Source of the DNA: an uncultured Acidobacteriota bacterium
GTDB taxonomy: Bacteria > Acidobacteriota > Thermoanaerobaculia > Thermoanaerobaculales > Sulfomarinibacteraceae
Assembly: GCA_963823445.1 (NCBI GenBank)
Contig: CAWGLT010000023.1
Span: 151,018-215,017 of the forward strand
Reading direction: 5' to 3'
DNA length: 64,000 nucleotides
Position numbers and translations under genes: made by a program. Of this stretch, positions 43,252 to 52,748 are shown in pieces. The first letter of the stretch is position 1. Each line of letters opens with the position of its first letter. The notes under the pieces are model-generated. The model was not told where the DNA came from, made no database searches, and was given only the letters and a program-made list of their open reading frames with translations.

Positions 43252-44479
43252 CCGGCGCCGGTCGGCACGCCTCCTGATCCGGGTCGAAGACGGCGCCTTC
43301 GCCTCCCGACTGCTCGATACCGAGACCTCGCCGGGGGTCCGGGTACGGGTTTTGGGCGTGCTCCGCTGGCAACGGACCCTCGACCATCGATTGCGTCCCT
43401 TTCTCAAACTCCCCATCCCTCGGCTCGACCCCGAGGTCCGCGCGGCCCTGCGAATCGGGTGTTTCGAGATCCATCACCTCGGCGTTCCCGCTCCGGTGGC
43501 CACCGATTCCATGATCCGGTTGACCCGGAAGATGGGGAAGTCGTCGGCGGCCGGCATGGTCAACGCGGTGCTCCGCAGGGCGGCCGCGGATGCGGATCCT
43601 GCGCCCCACCCCGACCTCAGGTGGTCCCATCCCGAGTGGGTGTGGCGGCGCTGGTCGGGGTGTTTCGGAGCCGAGGCCGCCGAGGGGGCGATGGCGGCGG
43701 CGCAGGAACCGGCGCCGGCTTGGGTGTGGTTTGTCCGCGACCGATCAGAGAGCCTTCTCGACCATGAGAACCTGGTTCTCAGATCGCACCCGTGGTGTCC
43801 TGAAACCTGGACGGCCTCCGACGGCGGTCCCGACCTGATAGAGCGGATCAAGCGGGGTGATGCGGTCGTCCAGGATCCCAGCTCGCAGGTGGTGGCGAGG
43901 ATTGCGGTCGGGGTGACTCACGGCGCCGGCCGCGCAGCAGATCTCTGCGCCGCGCCTGGCGGGAAGACCGCGCTGCTGAGAAAGCTGGGCTGCTGGGATC
44001 TTCTGGTGGCGGGCGATCTGAGTCCCTCCAAGTCCGTACGACTCGCTCGCCGACTCGGTCTGACGGCGGTGGTGGCCGCAGACGCCGGTCGGCCCGCACT
44101 GCGCCCGGGGGCGTGGGATCTCGTTCTCCTCGACGCGCCGTGCAGCGGGACGGGCACCTTCCGCCGCCACCCGGAGCTCAAGTGGCGGCTGACACCGGAA
44201 AGCATCGCCGCCGCGGCTGCGCACCAGCGCCCCATGATTGACGCCGCTCTCGATCTCCTCGCGCCGGGCGGGGTCCTCGTCTACGCCACGTGTTCGGTCG
44301 AACCCGAGGAGAACGAAGCGCATTTCCGGGATCTGCCCGAGGGTTTCGAACACCGGTTCTTGGAGGACCTTCTCCCGGCCGCCATGCCGTGGACCGGGAC
44401 CGACGCCGGCGGGGTGCGGATCCTGCCGCACCGGGACGGCGACGGTTTCACCGTGCACTCAGTGCGAAGGTGTGATTGA
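43232..44479 (+). CDS. rsmB: 16S rRNA (cytosine-C5)-methyltransferase (RsmB/Sun family)
   Basis: N-terminal NusB-like region. SAM motif DLCAAPGGKT and catalytic DAPCSGTG and ATCS motifs. The GTG start overlaps fmt by 20 nt. Confidence 0.85.
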   Translation: MAKSSGDRRRSARLLIRVEDGAFASRLLDTETSPGVRVRVLGVLRWQRTLDHRLRPFLKLPIPRLDPEVRAALRIGCFEIHHLGVPAPVATDSMIRLTRKMGKSSAAGMVNAVLRRAAADADPAPHPDLRWSHPEWVWRRWSGCFGAEAAEGAMAAAQEPAPAWVWFVRDRSESLLDHENLVLRSHPWCPETWTASDGGPDLIERIKRGDAVVQDPSSQVVARIAVGVTHGAGRAADLCAAPGGKTALLRKLGCWDLLVAGDLSPSKSVRLARRLGLTAVVAADAGRPALRPGAWDLVLLDAPCSGTGTFRRHPELKWRLTPESIAAAAAHQRPMIDAALDLLAPGGVLVYATCSVEPEENEAHFRDLPEGFEHRFLEDLLPAAMPWTGTDAGGVRILPHRDGDGFTVHSVRRCD

Positions 44480-44494
44480 GATGTTCCTCAGACC

Positions 44495-44538
44495 CCGAGA
44501 ATCGGTGAGGTTTTTTCGAAAACCTCACCGATTCTCGG
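44495..44538. terminator. bidirectional intrinsic terminator
   Basis: CCGAGAATCGGTGAGGTTTT-TTCG-AAAACCTCACCGATTCTCGG, a perfect 20-bp stem. The 3' arm overlaps the last codons of the ABC-F gene. Confidence 0.85.
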
Positions 44539-46468
44539 AGTAGGGCGTGAGTTCGTTCAGATCAGTTTCGATGCTCTCCCACTCCGCCATGAGCTTTGCG
44601 ATCTCGGTCTGGAGATCATCGCGTTCCTTCTGCATGGTGCGGATCTTCTCCGCGTCGGTGGTCTCGAAGAAGCCCTCGCGGCAGAAAGCGGCGTCGATGG
44701 CCTCGACCCTGGCCTCGGTCTTCTCGACGGCGGCGGTGACGACCTCGAGTCGCAGGCCGAGGTCCTTTCGTTGCTTCGCCCGGCGCTTTTCGTCGGCGTC
44801 GACGGCTCGCGGGCCGGGTGCACCGGTGGGTTTCTTTTTCTCCCGCTTGGTGCGGAGGGTTGTGGCATCGACATCGAGGTGGTCGTCGCCGCAGTTGGCG
44901 AGGTACTCGTCATAGGTTCCGGCGAAGTCGTTGAGACGCTCGGAGGTGATCTCGAGGATCCGAGTCGCGAGCTGCGACACGAACCAACGATCGTGAGCGA
45001 CAAAGATCAGGGTTCCGTCGTAGGCCTTCAACGCTTTGACCAGGGCCTCGATGGCTTCCAAATCGAGGTGGTTCGTCGGCTCGTCGAGGACCAGGACGTT
45101 GGGACGATCGACGGCGAGGCGGGCGAAGATCAACCGTGCCGCCTCGCCGCCCGAGAGGCTCGAGACCCGTTTTTCGACCTCGTCGCCGGAAAAGAGCACC
45201 TTGGCGAGCTGGCCTCGTACCCAACCGATGGACTGACCGGCGGAGGCCGCGCCGAGCCAACCCTCGACGGTGCCTTCGGACTCGGCGAGGAGCTCCCGGT
45301 GGTCCTGGGCGAAATACCCGGGGAAGACCTGGTGGCCCCATTCGACGGTGCCGGCATCGGCTTCGAGGCGACCCATGATGATCTTGAGCAGCGTCGACTT
45401 GCCGATCCCGTTGGGCCCGATCACCGCCAGTCGGTCGCCGCGGCGGAGGTTGAGGGTGACGTTGTTCAGTACCCGTTTCTCGCCGAACGACTTAGAGAGT
45501 TTCTCGATCTTGATGACCTGCTTGCCGCTCGGGCGTTGCTGCGAAACGCTGAAGATCGGGTAGCGTCTCGATGATCGAGGAAGCGGCTCGATGACCAGTT
45601 TTTCGATCTGCTTGATCTTGCTCTGAGCCTGCCGGGCCTTGGTGCTCTTGGCGCGGAAACGGTCGACAAAGGACTGGTGGTTGGCGATTTCCTTCTCGCG
45701 CTTGTCGATCTCGGCTTCGCGACGTTCGCGATCGCTCCGCTTGGCCTCGGTGAAGGCGGTGAAGTTCCCGGTGTAGAGGGTGACGGTCTCGTAGTCGACA
45801 TCGAGGATGTGCGTGCAGACGTTGTTGAGAAAGCGATGGTCGTGGGAAATCACCACCGCGCAACCGGGAAAGTCGAGGAAGAACTTCTCGAGCCATCGAA
45901 TCGAGAGGATGTCGAGGTGATTGGTGGGCTCGTCGAGGAAGAGGCAGTCGGGATCGGAGGCGAGAACCCGGGCAAGCAGAACCCGGAGCTTGAATCCCCC
46001 CGACAAGGTCGAGAGCGGTTGCCGGTGCTGTTCGGTCGGGATCCCGAGACCCTCGAGGATCTCCCCGGAGCGGGCCTCGAACGAGTAACCGTCGAGGCTG
46101 ACCACGATGTCCTCGAGCTCGGCATACCGATCGGCGTCGAACTCGGTGTCGGCCTGCTCGAGGATGGCCTCTTTTTCGACCATGGCCTGCCAGAGCTCGG
46201 TGTGGCCCATCATCACGACCTTGATGATCGGAAGCGTCTCGAATTGGAAGTGGTCCTGCTCGAGGACGCCGAGCCTGAGCCTGCGGGGTCGTGAGACCGC
46301 GCCGGTGCTGGGCTCTTCGGCTCCGGCGAGCATGCGGAGCAGGGTCGTCTTGCCCGAGCCGTTGGCGCCGACGAGCCCATAGCGTCCGCCCGGGTTGAGT
46401 TGGAAGCTCGCACCCTGGAAGAGGGTCTGGGCGCCAAAATCCTTGCCGAGGTCGGATGCCGTAATCAT
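44525..46468 (-). CDS. ABC-F family ATPase (two ABC domains, no TM)
   Basis: 647 aa starting at MITASDLG (ATG 46468). Two Walker A motifs (GANGSGKTT, GPNGIGKST), two LSGG signatures and a C-terminal coiled coil. Confidence 0.9.
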   Translation of the reverse strand: MITASDLGKDFGAQTLFQGASFQLNPGGRYGLVGANGSGKTTLLRMLAGAEEPSTGAVSRPRRLRLGVLEQDHFQFETLPIIKVVMMGHTELWQAMVEKEAILEQADTEFDADRYAELEDIVVSLDGYSFEARSGEILEGLGIPTEQHRQPLSTLSGGFKLRVLLARVLASDPDCLFLDEPTNHLDILSIRWLEKFFLDFPGCAVVISHDHRFLNNVCTHILDVDYETVTLYTGNFTAFTEAKRSDRERREAEIDKREKEIANHQSFVDRFRAKSTKARQAQSKIKQIEKLVIEPLPRSSRRYPIFSVSQQRPSGKQVIKIEKLSKSFGEKRVLNNVTLNLRRGDRLAVIGPNGIGKSTLLKIIMGRLEADAGTVEWGHQVFPGYFAQDHRELLAESEGTVEGWLGAASAGQSIGWVRGQLAKVLFSGDEVEKRVSSLSGGEAARLIFARLAVDRPNVLVLDEPTNHLDLEAIEALVKALKAYDGTLIFVAHDRWFVSQLATRILEITSERLNDFAGTYDEYLANCGDDHLDVDATTLRTKREKKKPTGAPGPRAVDADEKRRAKQRKDLGLRLEVVTAAVEKTEARVEAIDAAFCREGFFETTDAEKIRTMQKERDDLQTEIAKLMAEWESIETDLNELTPYSENR

Positions 46469-46542
46469 CGCCGGGGGAGGATACACGATACGCGAGAAAC
46501 GGTATGATGTGAAACCAGCTTTTCGATGGTGAGGAGGGCGAG

Positions 46543-47028
46543 ATGCGACCCATTTTCGGAGTGCTTGTGATGGCGTTTTCGTTGGTCGTGATCCCGGCGT
46601 CGGCCCAGGATGGCGACGCGATTCTCGGTCTTTGGGCAACCGATCCCGAGGGCGGGGGCGGGGAGGCCCATGTCGAGGTCTACAAGGAGAACGACAAGTA
46701 CCACGGGAAGATCGTCTGGTTGGCAGAGCCGGTTTACCCGCCGGATGACCCAAAGGGAGTACCGGGCGAGCCGAAGACCGACCTCGAAAACCCCGATCCC
46801 GAGCTTCGCAACAACCCGGTCATCGGCCTGCTCATCACCAAGGACTTTGTCTACAACGGCGATGGGATGTGGCACAAGGGAACGATCTACGATCCCGACA
46901 ACGGCAAGACCTACAAGTGCAAGATCAAGTTCGGCGACAACGAGAGGGTGCTCAAGGTCCGGGGCTTCATCGGGGTGTCCATGCTCGGGCGGACGACCTA
47001 TTGGACCCGCGTGGAGGACACGGAGTGA
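46543..47028 (+). CDS. DUF2147 domain protein (secreted)
   Basis: Signal peptide, GLWATD ... YHGKIVWL ... GTIYDPDNGKTYKCK pattern. Confidence 0.75.
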   Translation: MRPIFGVLVMAFSLVVIPASAQDGDAILGLWATDPEGGGGEAHVEVYKENDKYHGKIVWLAEPVYPPDDPKGVPGEPKTDLENPDPELRNNPVIGLLITKDFVYNGDGMWHKGTIYDPDNGKTYKCKIKFGDNERVLKVRGFIGVSMLGRTTYWTRVEDTE

Positions 47029-47080
47029 GTTCCGGATTTTCTGCCGGCGGAATGCGCGGTCCCGATCGGAGAGCGGCGCG

Positions 47081-47863
47081 ATGGGACTGAGCTACGCCAC
47101 GTATCTCAGATTGGACGAGTTGCTCGCTCTCCAGGAGCCGATCTCCGACGGCCCCGAGCACGACGAGCATCTCTTTATCGTCATTCACCAGGTCTACGAA
47201 CTCTGGCTCAAACAGATCCTGCACGAGACCAAGTTATTGCAACTGGCACTGGAGAACGGCCACACCCCCATCGCGGCCAGGACCCTCAAGCGGATTCTCG
47301 CGATTCTCAAGACTCTGGTCGCCCAGATCGAGGTCCTCGAAACCATGTCTCCGGTCTCGTTCGCCTCGTTCAGAGAGCGGCTCGGCACTGCGGGCGGCTT
47401 CCGGTCGGTACAGTTTCGCCAACTCGAAGCCATCCTCGGCAATCGCCGGCAGTCGGCCGTCGATGCGCTACCGGACTCGAGTCAGGAGCGGGCACGGCTC
47501 GAGCGGATTTTCGGCCGTCATTCGGTCTACGATTCGTTCCTCCGGTTTCTCGCGCTCCTCGGATACCCGATCCCCCGAGATGTCCTCGGTCGAGATCTTT
47601 CGCAACCCCATCAGGAGTCACCCGCGATCCAGGAGAGCCTCATCGAGATCTACCGACACGATCCCGGCGCCTCGCAGATCTGCGAACTCATGGTCGATCT
47701 CGATGCGGGCCTGCAGGAGTGGCGGTACCGCCACGCGGCCATGGTCAGGCGGACCATCGGATCCATGCCCGGCACCGCCGGGTCGGACGAGGCCATCGAC
47801 GTCAGATCCACCATGAGCAGACCGTTGTTCCCCGATCTCTGGGCGATTCGAAGCGAGCTGTGA
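47081..47863 (+). CDS. kynA: tryptophan 2,3-dioxygenase
   Basis: 260 aa starting at MGLSYATYLRLDELL, with HDEHLFIVIHQVYELWLKQ and WRYRHAAMVRRTIG motifs. The upstream part of the 417-aa track ORF overlaps DUF2147 in another frame and is rejected. Confidence 0.85.
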   Translation: MGLSYATYLRLDELLALQEPISDGPEHDEHLFIVIHQVYELWLKQILHETKLLQLALENGHTPIAARTLKRILAILKTLVAQIEVLETMSPVSFASFRERLGTAGGFRSVQFRQLEAILGNRRQSAVDALPDSSQERARLERIFGRHSVYDSFLRFLALLGYPIPRDVLGRDLSQPHQESPAIQESLIEIYRHDPGASQICELMVDLDAGLQEWRYRHAAMVRRTIGSMPGTAGSDEAIDVRSTMSRPLFPDLWAIRSEL

Positions 47864-47911
47864 CCGATCGTCGACGGGAGGCCCGCCGGATCAGCCGGGT
47901 AGGAGCGTCGA

Positions 47912-49030
47912 ATGGCGTTTGAGGGCAATCTCGAAACCATGCCGGTGGCCGATCTGCTGCAGTGGGCCGCCAACGGTCGATACACCGGGACCATCCGCGT
48001 CGCCAACGCCGAGATCACCAAGATGATCTATATCCGCAAGGGCGAAATCGTCTCCTGCACATCGACCGACCCGCGCGAGTTCCTCGGTCACTTCCTCGTC
48101 AGTCAGGGCGCCATCGACGAGGCCGATCTCCAGGGCGCGATCATCGATCAGGATCGCAACAGCGGGCTGTTGGGGCAACTCCTGGTCCAGCGTGGCGCCA
48201 TCACCCAGGAGCGGCTCGAGGACATGCTCCGGATCAAGGCGGAGGAAGCGATCTTCGACCTCTTTACCTGGAAAACCGGCCAGTTCCGTTTCATGGATGG
48301 TGAGCTGCCCGGATTCGAGCTGGTTCCGATTTCACTCGGCGTCCAGGGCCTCGTGCTCGAGGGGATGCGGCGGCTCGACGAGTGGGAGCGGATTTCCGAA
48401 GCGATCCCGTCGATGCAGGCCGTCCCGGTTTCGCTGCAGCCGTTGCTGGCGGATGGTGACGAGCCCGACCCCGGCTGCCGATGCGTGCTCGAGTCGGTGG
48501 ACGATGACCGGTCCATCGAAGACATTTGTCTCCACACCCACTCGACGGAGTTCCATGTCTGCGAGATTCTGTTTCGTGAGATTCAACGCGGGAGAATCAA
48601 GATCGTTCGTCCTCGGCAGATCGCCCGACGCGACGAAACCGCCACCGGGATGTCCGGTGAATCCCTGGTGAACATCGCGAGTGAACGGCTCGAGTCCGGA
48701 GAGCTCGAACCGGCGATTCGCCACCTTCAGGCGGCGGCGAGCCTCGAACCCCACGATCGAGGTCTGCGCGAGCAGATTTCGGGGGTTGAGAGCCGGGTCC
48801 GCGAGCGGCTCGCCCAGTGCGGCATCGGGCCGAAGGCGGTCCCCGAACTCGCCGTCGGGATCGGTGCCGTGTCGAAGCTCGATCTGGAGCCCTCCGAGGG
48901 TTTCATTCTCTCCCGCATCGACGGAGCGAGCTCGCTGGGCAACATCCTCAAGATATCGCCCCTCGCCGAAATCGATGCCCTTCTGGTGATCTGGAAGCTC
49001 GTCCGGGGCGGCCAGCTTCGCTTGAAGTGA
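47912..49030 (+). CDS. DUF4388 (PatA-like) domain protein
   Basis: N-terminal GNLETMPVADLLQWAANGRYTGTIRV motif, followed by helical repeats. Confidence 0.65.
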   Translation: MAFEGNLETMPVADLLQWAANGRYTGTIRVANAEITKMIYIRKGEIVSCTSTDPREFLGHFLVSQGAIDEADLQGAIIDQDRNSGLLGQLLVQRGAITQERLEDMLRIKAEEAIFDLFTWKTGQFRFMDGELPGFELVPISLGVQGLVLEGMRRLDEWERISEAIPSMQAVPVSLQPLLADGDEPDPGCRCVLESVDDDRSIEDICLHTHSTEFHVCEILFREIQRGRIKIVRPRQIARRDETATGMSGESLVNIASERLESGELEPAIRHLQAAASLEPHDRGLREQISGVESRVRERLAQCGIGPKAVPELAVGIGAVSKLDLEPSEGFILSRIDGASSLGNILKISPLAEIDALLVIWKLVRGGQLRLK

Positions 49031-49681
49031 TCAGCCCTCGAGACTCCCGAGAACGGCCCGTTTGACTTCATCCTCGACATCGAGGGCGAAGACCTGATGG
49101 TCTTCCGCCATGAGATCGACCGCGAGGTTCCCGACCGGCCGGCTCACCGGGTGGACGGCCGCGGCGATGAGCTGGGCGCGGTAGATCGCGTCAAAGGCGT
49201 TCCAGCGGTGGATTCCGGGCGTGCGGTCGGACATCAGATCGGCGATCTCCAAGAGACGCCCCCGTTGCCAGTGGTAGAACTGGTGGACCTGCATGCCGTC
49301 CTCGTGGAGCTCGAAGGACATGTGGAGAGGACCGAGAAGGCGGGTCAGCTCGGGCCGCTCGGCCAGGCTGGACGCCACCAGATCGGCCGCCTCCTCGCGA
49401 CTCAAGGCGTCATCCGAGCTTCGCAAATCGGTCTCGAGGGCGTCGTACCACTCCTTCATCCGGGTGAGCATGACGGTCATGAACAGCTCTTCCCGGCTCC
49501 GATAGGCAAGGGTCGCCTGGCCCTGTTTGACGCCCGCCTGTTGGCCGAGGGTGTCGAGGGTGATCTGGGAGTATGGAAATCGGACAAAGGCGCTATCCGC
49601 GGCGTCGAGGATCTTCTTCGCCCGCTCTTGACGGGCCTCGCGCGCGAGACGGGTACGGTTGGGATCGATGAGTCTGCCCAT
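49031..49681 (-). CDS. TetR/AcrR-family transcriptional regulator
   Basis: N-terminal HTH (ILDAADSAFVRFPYSQITLDTLGQQAGVKQGQATLAY). Confidence 0.8.
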   Translation of the reverse strand: MGRLIDPNRTRLAREARQERAKKILDAADSAFVRFPYSQITLDTLGQQAGVKQGQATLAYRSREELFMTVMLTRMKEWYDALETDLRSSDDALSREEAADLVASSLAERPELTRLLGPLHMSFELHEDGMQVHQFYHWQRGRLLEIADLMSDRTPGIHRWNAFDAIYRAQLIAAAVHPVSRPVGNLAVDLMAEDHQVFALDVEDEVKRAVLGSLEG

Positions 49682-49704
49682 GGGTGGGAATGATACTTGA
49701 TCTT

Positions 49705-49809
49705 CGTGAGACGTGAGGGGGTGAGGAAGTGAGGAGGTTCGAAGGCGAGGAGTGGAGTGTGAAGAACCTCCTAACCCCTAACTCCTAACCCCTCACTCTT
49801 CACCTCTCG
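49705..49809. repeat. heptad-periodic imperfect hairpin (GTGAGGN)n / (CCTAACN)n
   Basis: CGTGAGACGTGAGGGGGTGAGGAAGTGAGGAGGTTC ... GAACCTCCTAACCCCTAACTCCTAACCCCTCACTCTTCACCTCTCG. The right arm overlaps the 3' end of the HD-GYP CDS. Confidence 0.75.
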
Positions 49810-51036
49810 ATCCCCGAGCCGATCCCAGATCTCCGCCATGCCGCCGTGGTGGTCGGCGAAGAGCCGCCGGAGATCCGGGTCGAGGTGGCCGTCCGGGTCC
49901 ATCCGATCGTCGCCGTCGAGGATGACCTTGCGCGACTGGTCGTGGCTGAACCCGATCTTGTACGGGCGCGTCGAACGGAGTGCATCGTAGATGTCCGCGA
50001 GGGCGACGATCCGCGCCTCGATGGGGATCTCCTCGCCCCGCCGGCGGTTGGGATACCCGCCGCCGTCCCAGCGCTCGTGGTGGTTGAGGGCGATGGCTGC
50101 CGCCATCTGGAGCCGGTCCGAGGACTCGAGGATCTGATAGCCGAAGACCGGGTGCTGGTTCATTTCGGCCCGTTCGTCGGCGTCGAGTGGTCCCTTCTTG
50201 CGGAGGACCATCCCATCCACGCTCATCTTGCCGACATCGTGGAGTTGAGCGGAGTACCGGATCTCGTCGCAAAAGCTCGCCGGCATCCCGTGCGTCCTCG
50301 CGATGAAGTAGGAGTACTCGTTGACCCGCAGGACATGGGATGCGGTGTCGGTGTCGTGGACCTCGGCCGCGCGGGCGAGGAGGTTGATGGAGAGCTGGAA
50401 CGCCTCTTCGGTTTCCTGGTGCAGGGCGGCGATTTTCTCTCTCTGCTCGGCGAGGATCCTGTTGCGATCGCGAAGCCTGACGTTCTGCGCCTTGATGCGT
50501 CCGAGCATCTCGGCCCGTTCGATGGCGCTGCCGACGATGTGGTTGACCGGGACGATGAGGCCCGCCTGTTCTTCACCGAATGGCAACGGCCGATCGATTT
50601 CGCCGGTTCTCCGGTTGATGAGCTGGACCACGCCGACGACGTTGCGGTCGTAGTTGAGGAGCGGAAAGGAGAGCATGGAACGGCTGTGGTACCCGTGTTT
50701 GAGGTCGAATCGGCGATCAAAGGTGTAGGGGACGCTGCGCGGGAGATCGTAGAGGTCCTCGACGAAAACCGTCTCTCCGGTGGTGGCGGTGAATCCGGCG
50801 ATGGAGGAGGGTGTCATGGGCACGACGAAGGACGCGGGTTTCACGGCGATGACGTCGTTTTGTGAGTCGGCCGCCTCGAGCCGCCGGCTGCGCCCGCGAC
50901 CCCTGACGATGAAGATGGTGCCGGCTTCCGCTCCCGTGAGCTCGCGGCTCTTGAGGAGCACGCGGTGCATGAGCCTTTCCACGGACTCGGGCTTCGACGA
51001 TTCGATGAACTCGAGAAACTCCCTGAGTGCGTCCAT
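49771..51036 (-). CDS. GAF domain - HD-GYP domain protein (c-di-GMP phosphodiesterase type)
   Basis: HDVGK and HHERWDGGGYP motifs, with an N-terminal GAF-like domain. Confidence 0.85.
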   Translation of the reverse strand: MDALREFLEFIESSKPESVERLMHRVLLKSRELTGAEAGTIFIVRGRGRSRRLEAADSQNDVIAVKPASFVVPMTPSSIAGFTATTGETVFVEDLYDLPRSVPYTFDRRFDLKHGYHSRSMLSFPLLNYDRNVVGVVQLINRRTGEIDRPLPFGEEQAGLIVPVNHIVGSAIERAEMLGRIKAQNVRLRDRNRILAEQREKIAALHQETEEAFQLSINLLARAAEVHDTDTASHVLRVNEYSYFIARTHGMPASFCDEIRYSAQLHDVGKMSVDGMVLRKKGPLDADERAEMNQHPVFGYQILESSDRLQMAAAIALNHHERWDGGGYPNRRRGEEIPIEARIVALADIYDALRSTRPYKIGFSHDQSRKVILDGDDRMDPDGHLDPDLRRLFADHHGGMAEIWDRLGDREVKSEGLGVRG

Positions 51037-51095
51037 GATCGGCCAGCTCTCCTTCCGGGTGCAACGGCTTCAACATGATACAGAATCGCGATTAA

Positions 51096-52394
51096 TCAAC
51101 TCGCTGATGAGGTATCCCGGCGCATCCCCTTCTGCGTTCGCCCGAGCCACAGCCCGATGGCCATCCACGCCGCGGCGAGGGGAACGGCGGCAAAGGCGAT
51201 CCCGGTCATCCCGAGACCGAGAAGGCCCAGGGCGGCGTAGGACCAGGCGCCGACCTGGTCGCCGGCGCGGTAGACAAAGGTGTCGATGAGGTTCTTCGCC
51301 TTGTACTTCGTCTCTCGCGGCAGCACGGTGTAGAGCATCTCGCGGCAGGGACGGGTGACCGCATAGTTCGATGCCCGGCGGATGATCTGGAAAGCCGCGA
51401 TGACCCCCAGGGTCGGCGCCAGCCCGAGCCCGAGGAAACCGATGGCGCTCATTGCGGGCAGCCAGGCCAACGACATGGCGATGCCGATGCTGCGGACGAT
51501 CCGGCCGGTGAGGAAGATCTGGGTGAGGATGGTGAGGATGTTGACGGCGAGATCGAGGCGGGCGAAGAAGACGGTTCGGGCCGCCCGGTCGGCGAAAACG
51601 TCGGCGACGATCTCGGCCTGCTCGAAGTAGAGGAAGGTCGAGGTGACGGTGTAGAACAGCATGTAGGCGACGATTCCGAGGAGATAGGGTGAGCGGAACA
51701 CCGCGGCGACGCCCGCCATGACGCCGCCGCCGATGATTTCGCTGTCGGCGGTGCTCTCGACGCCGGTCGGATCGGGCTTTGGACCAGGGCTGCCGCCGCG
51801 TATCAGGACGAGCGCAATGACAACCGCGACTTCGATGAAGGCAATGGAGATGAGGAGGAGGAATCGCGGCGGCATCTGCTGCGCCAGGGTGGCGGTGACC
51901 GCCGAACCGACGATGGCTCCCGCGGTGCCTCCGACCGCGATGAACCCGAAGATCCTCGCCCCCTGGCCGGGTTTGAAGATGTCGGCCATGACCGACCAGA
52001 AGATCGAAACGACAAAGAGGTTGAAGATCGAGGTCCAGATGTAGAAGATGCGGCCGACCCAGATGATCTTCGCTTCGGGCAGGGTGCTGAGCAGCACGAG
52101 AAAGCCGAGCATGCACCCAGCGAAGAGGTTGTAGCTCAGCGGGATGAACCGGCGGCGGGGGAGGCGGGAGACCATGGCGGTGAAGACCGGGTGGGCCAGC
52201 AGCATCCCGACCAAGGTGCCGGTGAAGAGCCACGGCAGGTTCCGGACCCCGCCGGCGATCCCCATCTCGTCGCGCAGCGGTCGGATGATGAAGTAGCCGG
52301 CCATGATGAGAAAGAAGTAGAGGGCCGACAGGAGCATGGGGCGGACCTCGTCCGCCTCGACCGCGACCATGCTTTGGAGCATTCTGTTCAGCAT
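51096..52394 (-). CDS. MFS-type transporter related to the ATP/ADP translocase (TLC/Npt) family
   Basis: 432 aa, ~12 TM. The N-terminal pattern P..L.ALYFFLIMAGYFIIRPLRDEMG resembles the TLC family. Confidence 0.55.
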   Translation of the reverse strand: MLNRMLQSMVAVEADEVRPMLLSALYFFLIMAGYFIIRPLRDEMGIAGGVRNLPWLFTGTLVGMLLAHPVFTAMVSRLPRRRFIPLSYNLFAGCMLGFLVLLSTLPEAKIIWVGRIFYIWTSIFNLFVVSIFWSVMADIFKPGQGARIFGFIAVGGTAGAIVGSAVTATLAQQMPPRFLLLISIAFIEVAVVIALVLIRGGSPGPKPDPTGVESTADSEIIGGGVMAGVAAVFRSPYLLGIVAYMLFYTVTSTFLYFEQAEIVADVFADRAARTVFFARLDLAVNILTILTQIFLTGRIVRSIGIAMSLAWLPAMSAIGFLGLGLAPTLGVIAAFQIIRRASNYAVTRPCREMLYTVLPRETKYKAKNLIDTFVYRAGDQVGAWSYAALGLLGLGMTGIAFAAVPLAAAWMAIGLWLGRTQKGMRRDTSSAS

Positions 52395-52504
52395 TGTGGT
52401 TGATCAACCTCCGGCGGCGCCTGACGATTCCAGGTAACAAGATGATTGCGTCCGGCTGCGGTGCCTGGCGCTCGGGGCGCGATGGACAGCGCATTCAGCG
52501 GCGC

Positions 52505-52546
52505 GTGCCTGGCTCTCTTTTCGTCCGACGAAAAGGTGCCTGGCAC
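52505..52546 (+). repeat. GTGCCTGGC-flanked hairpin element, copy F2
   Basis: GTGCCTGGCTCT CTTTTCG-TCCGA-CGAAAAG GTGCCTGGCAC. Flanks are conserved with copy F3 over ~70 nt. Confidence 0.9.
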
Positions 52547-52621
52547 CGCACGGGAACAATGATGAAAGCATCATGTCCTGGCAAGCGTTTCTGGCAGCGC
52601 CGTCCCGAACCCGATTCTCCC

Positions 52622-52729
52622 ATCGCGGGTGGCCGTGGGAGCCACCTTTAGCATTGTTCGGCATCGAGGTGAGGCCGACGTCGAGGCCACTCTGAATCCG
52701 AACAATGCAAAAGATGGCACCCCGTTCGA
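52622..52729 (+). repeat. two-helix hairpin element, copy D2
   Basis: GGGAGCCACCTTTAG CATTGTTCGG (52652-52661) ... CCGAACAATG (52698-52707) CAAAAGATGGCACCCCGTTCGA. Confidence 0.85.
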
Positions 52730-52748
52730 GGCCCGTTCCGGGCTTCCT

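Noticed and set aside
46610-47080. The 417-aa ORF extends kynA upstream across the DUF2147 gene.
   Set aside because: The upstream part overlaps the well-supported DUF2147 CDS in another frame and is Arg/Ser-rich. The tryptophan 2,3-dioxygenase homology starts at the ATG at 47081.
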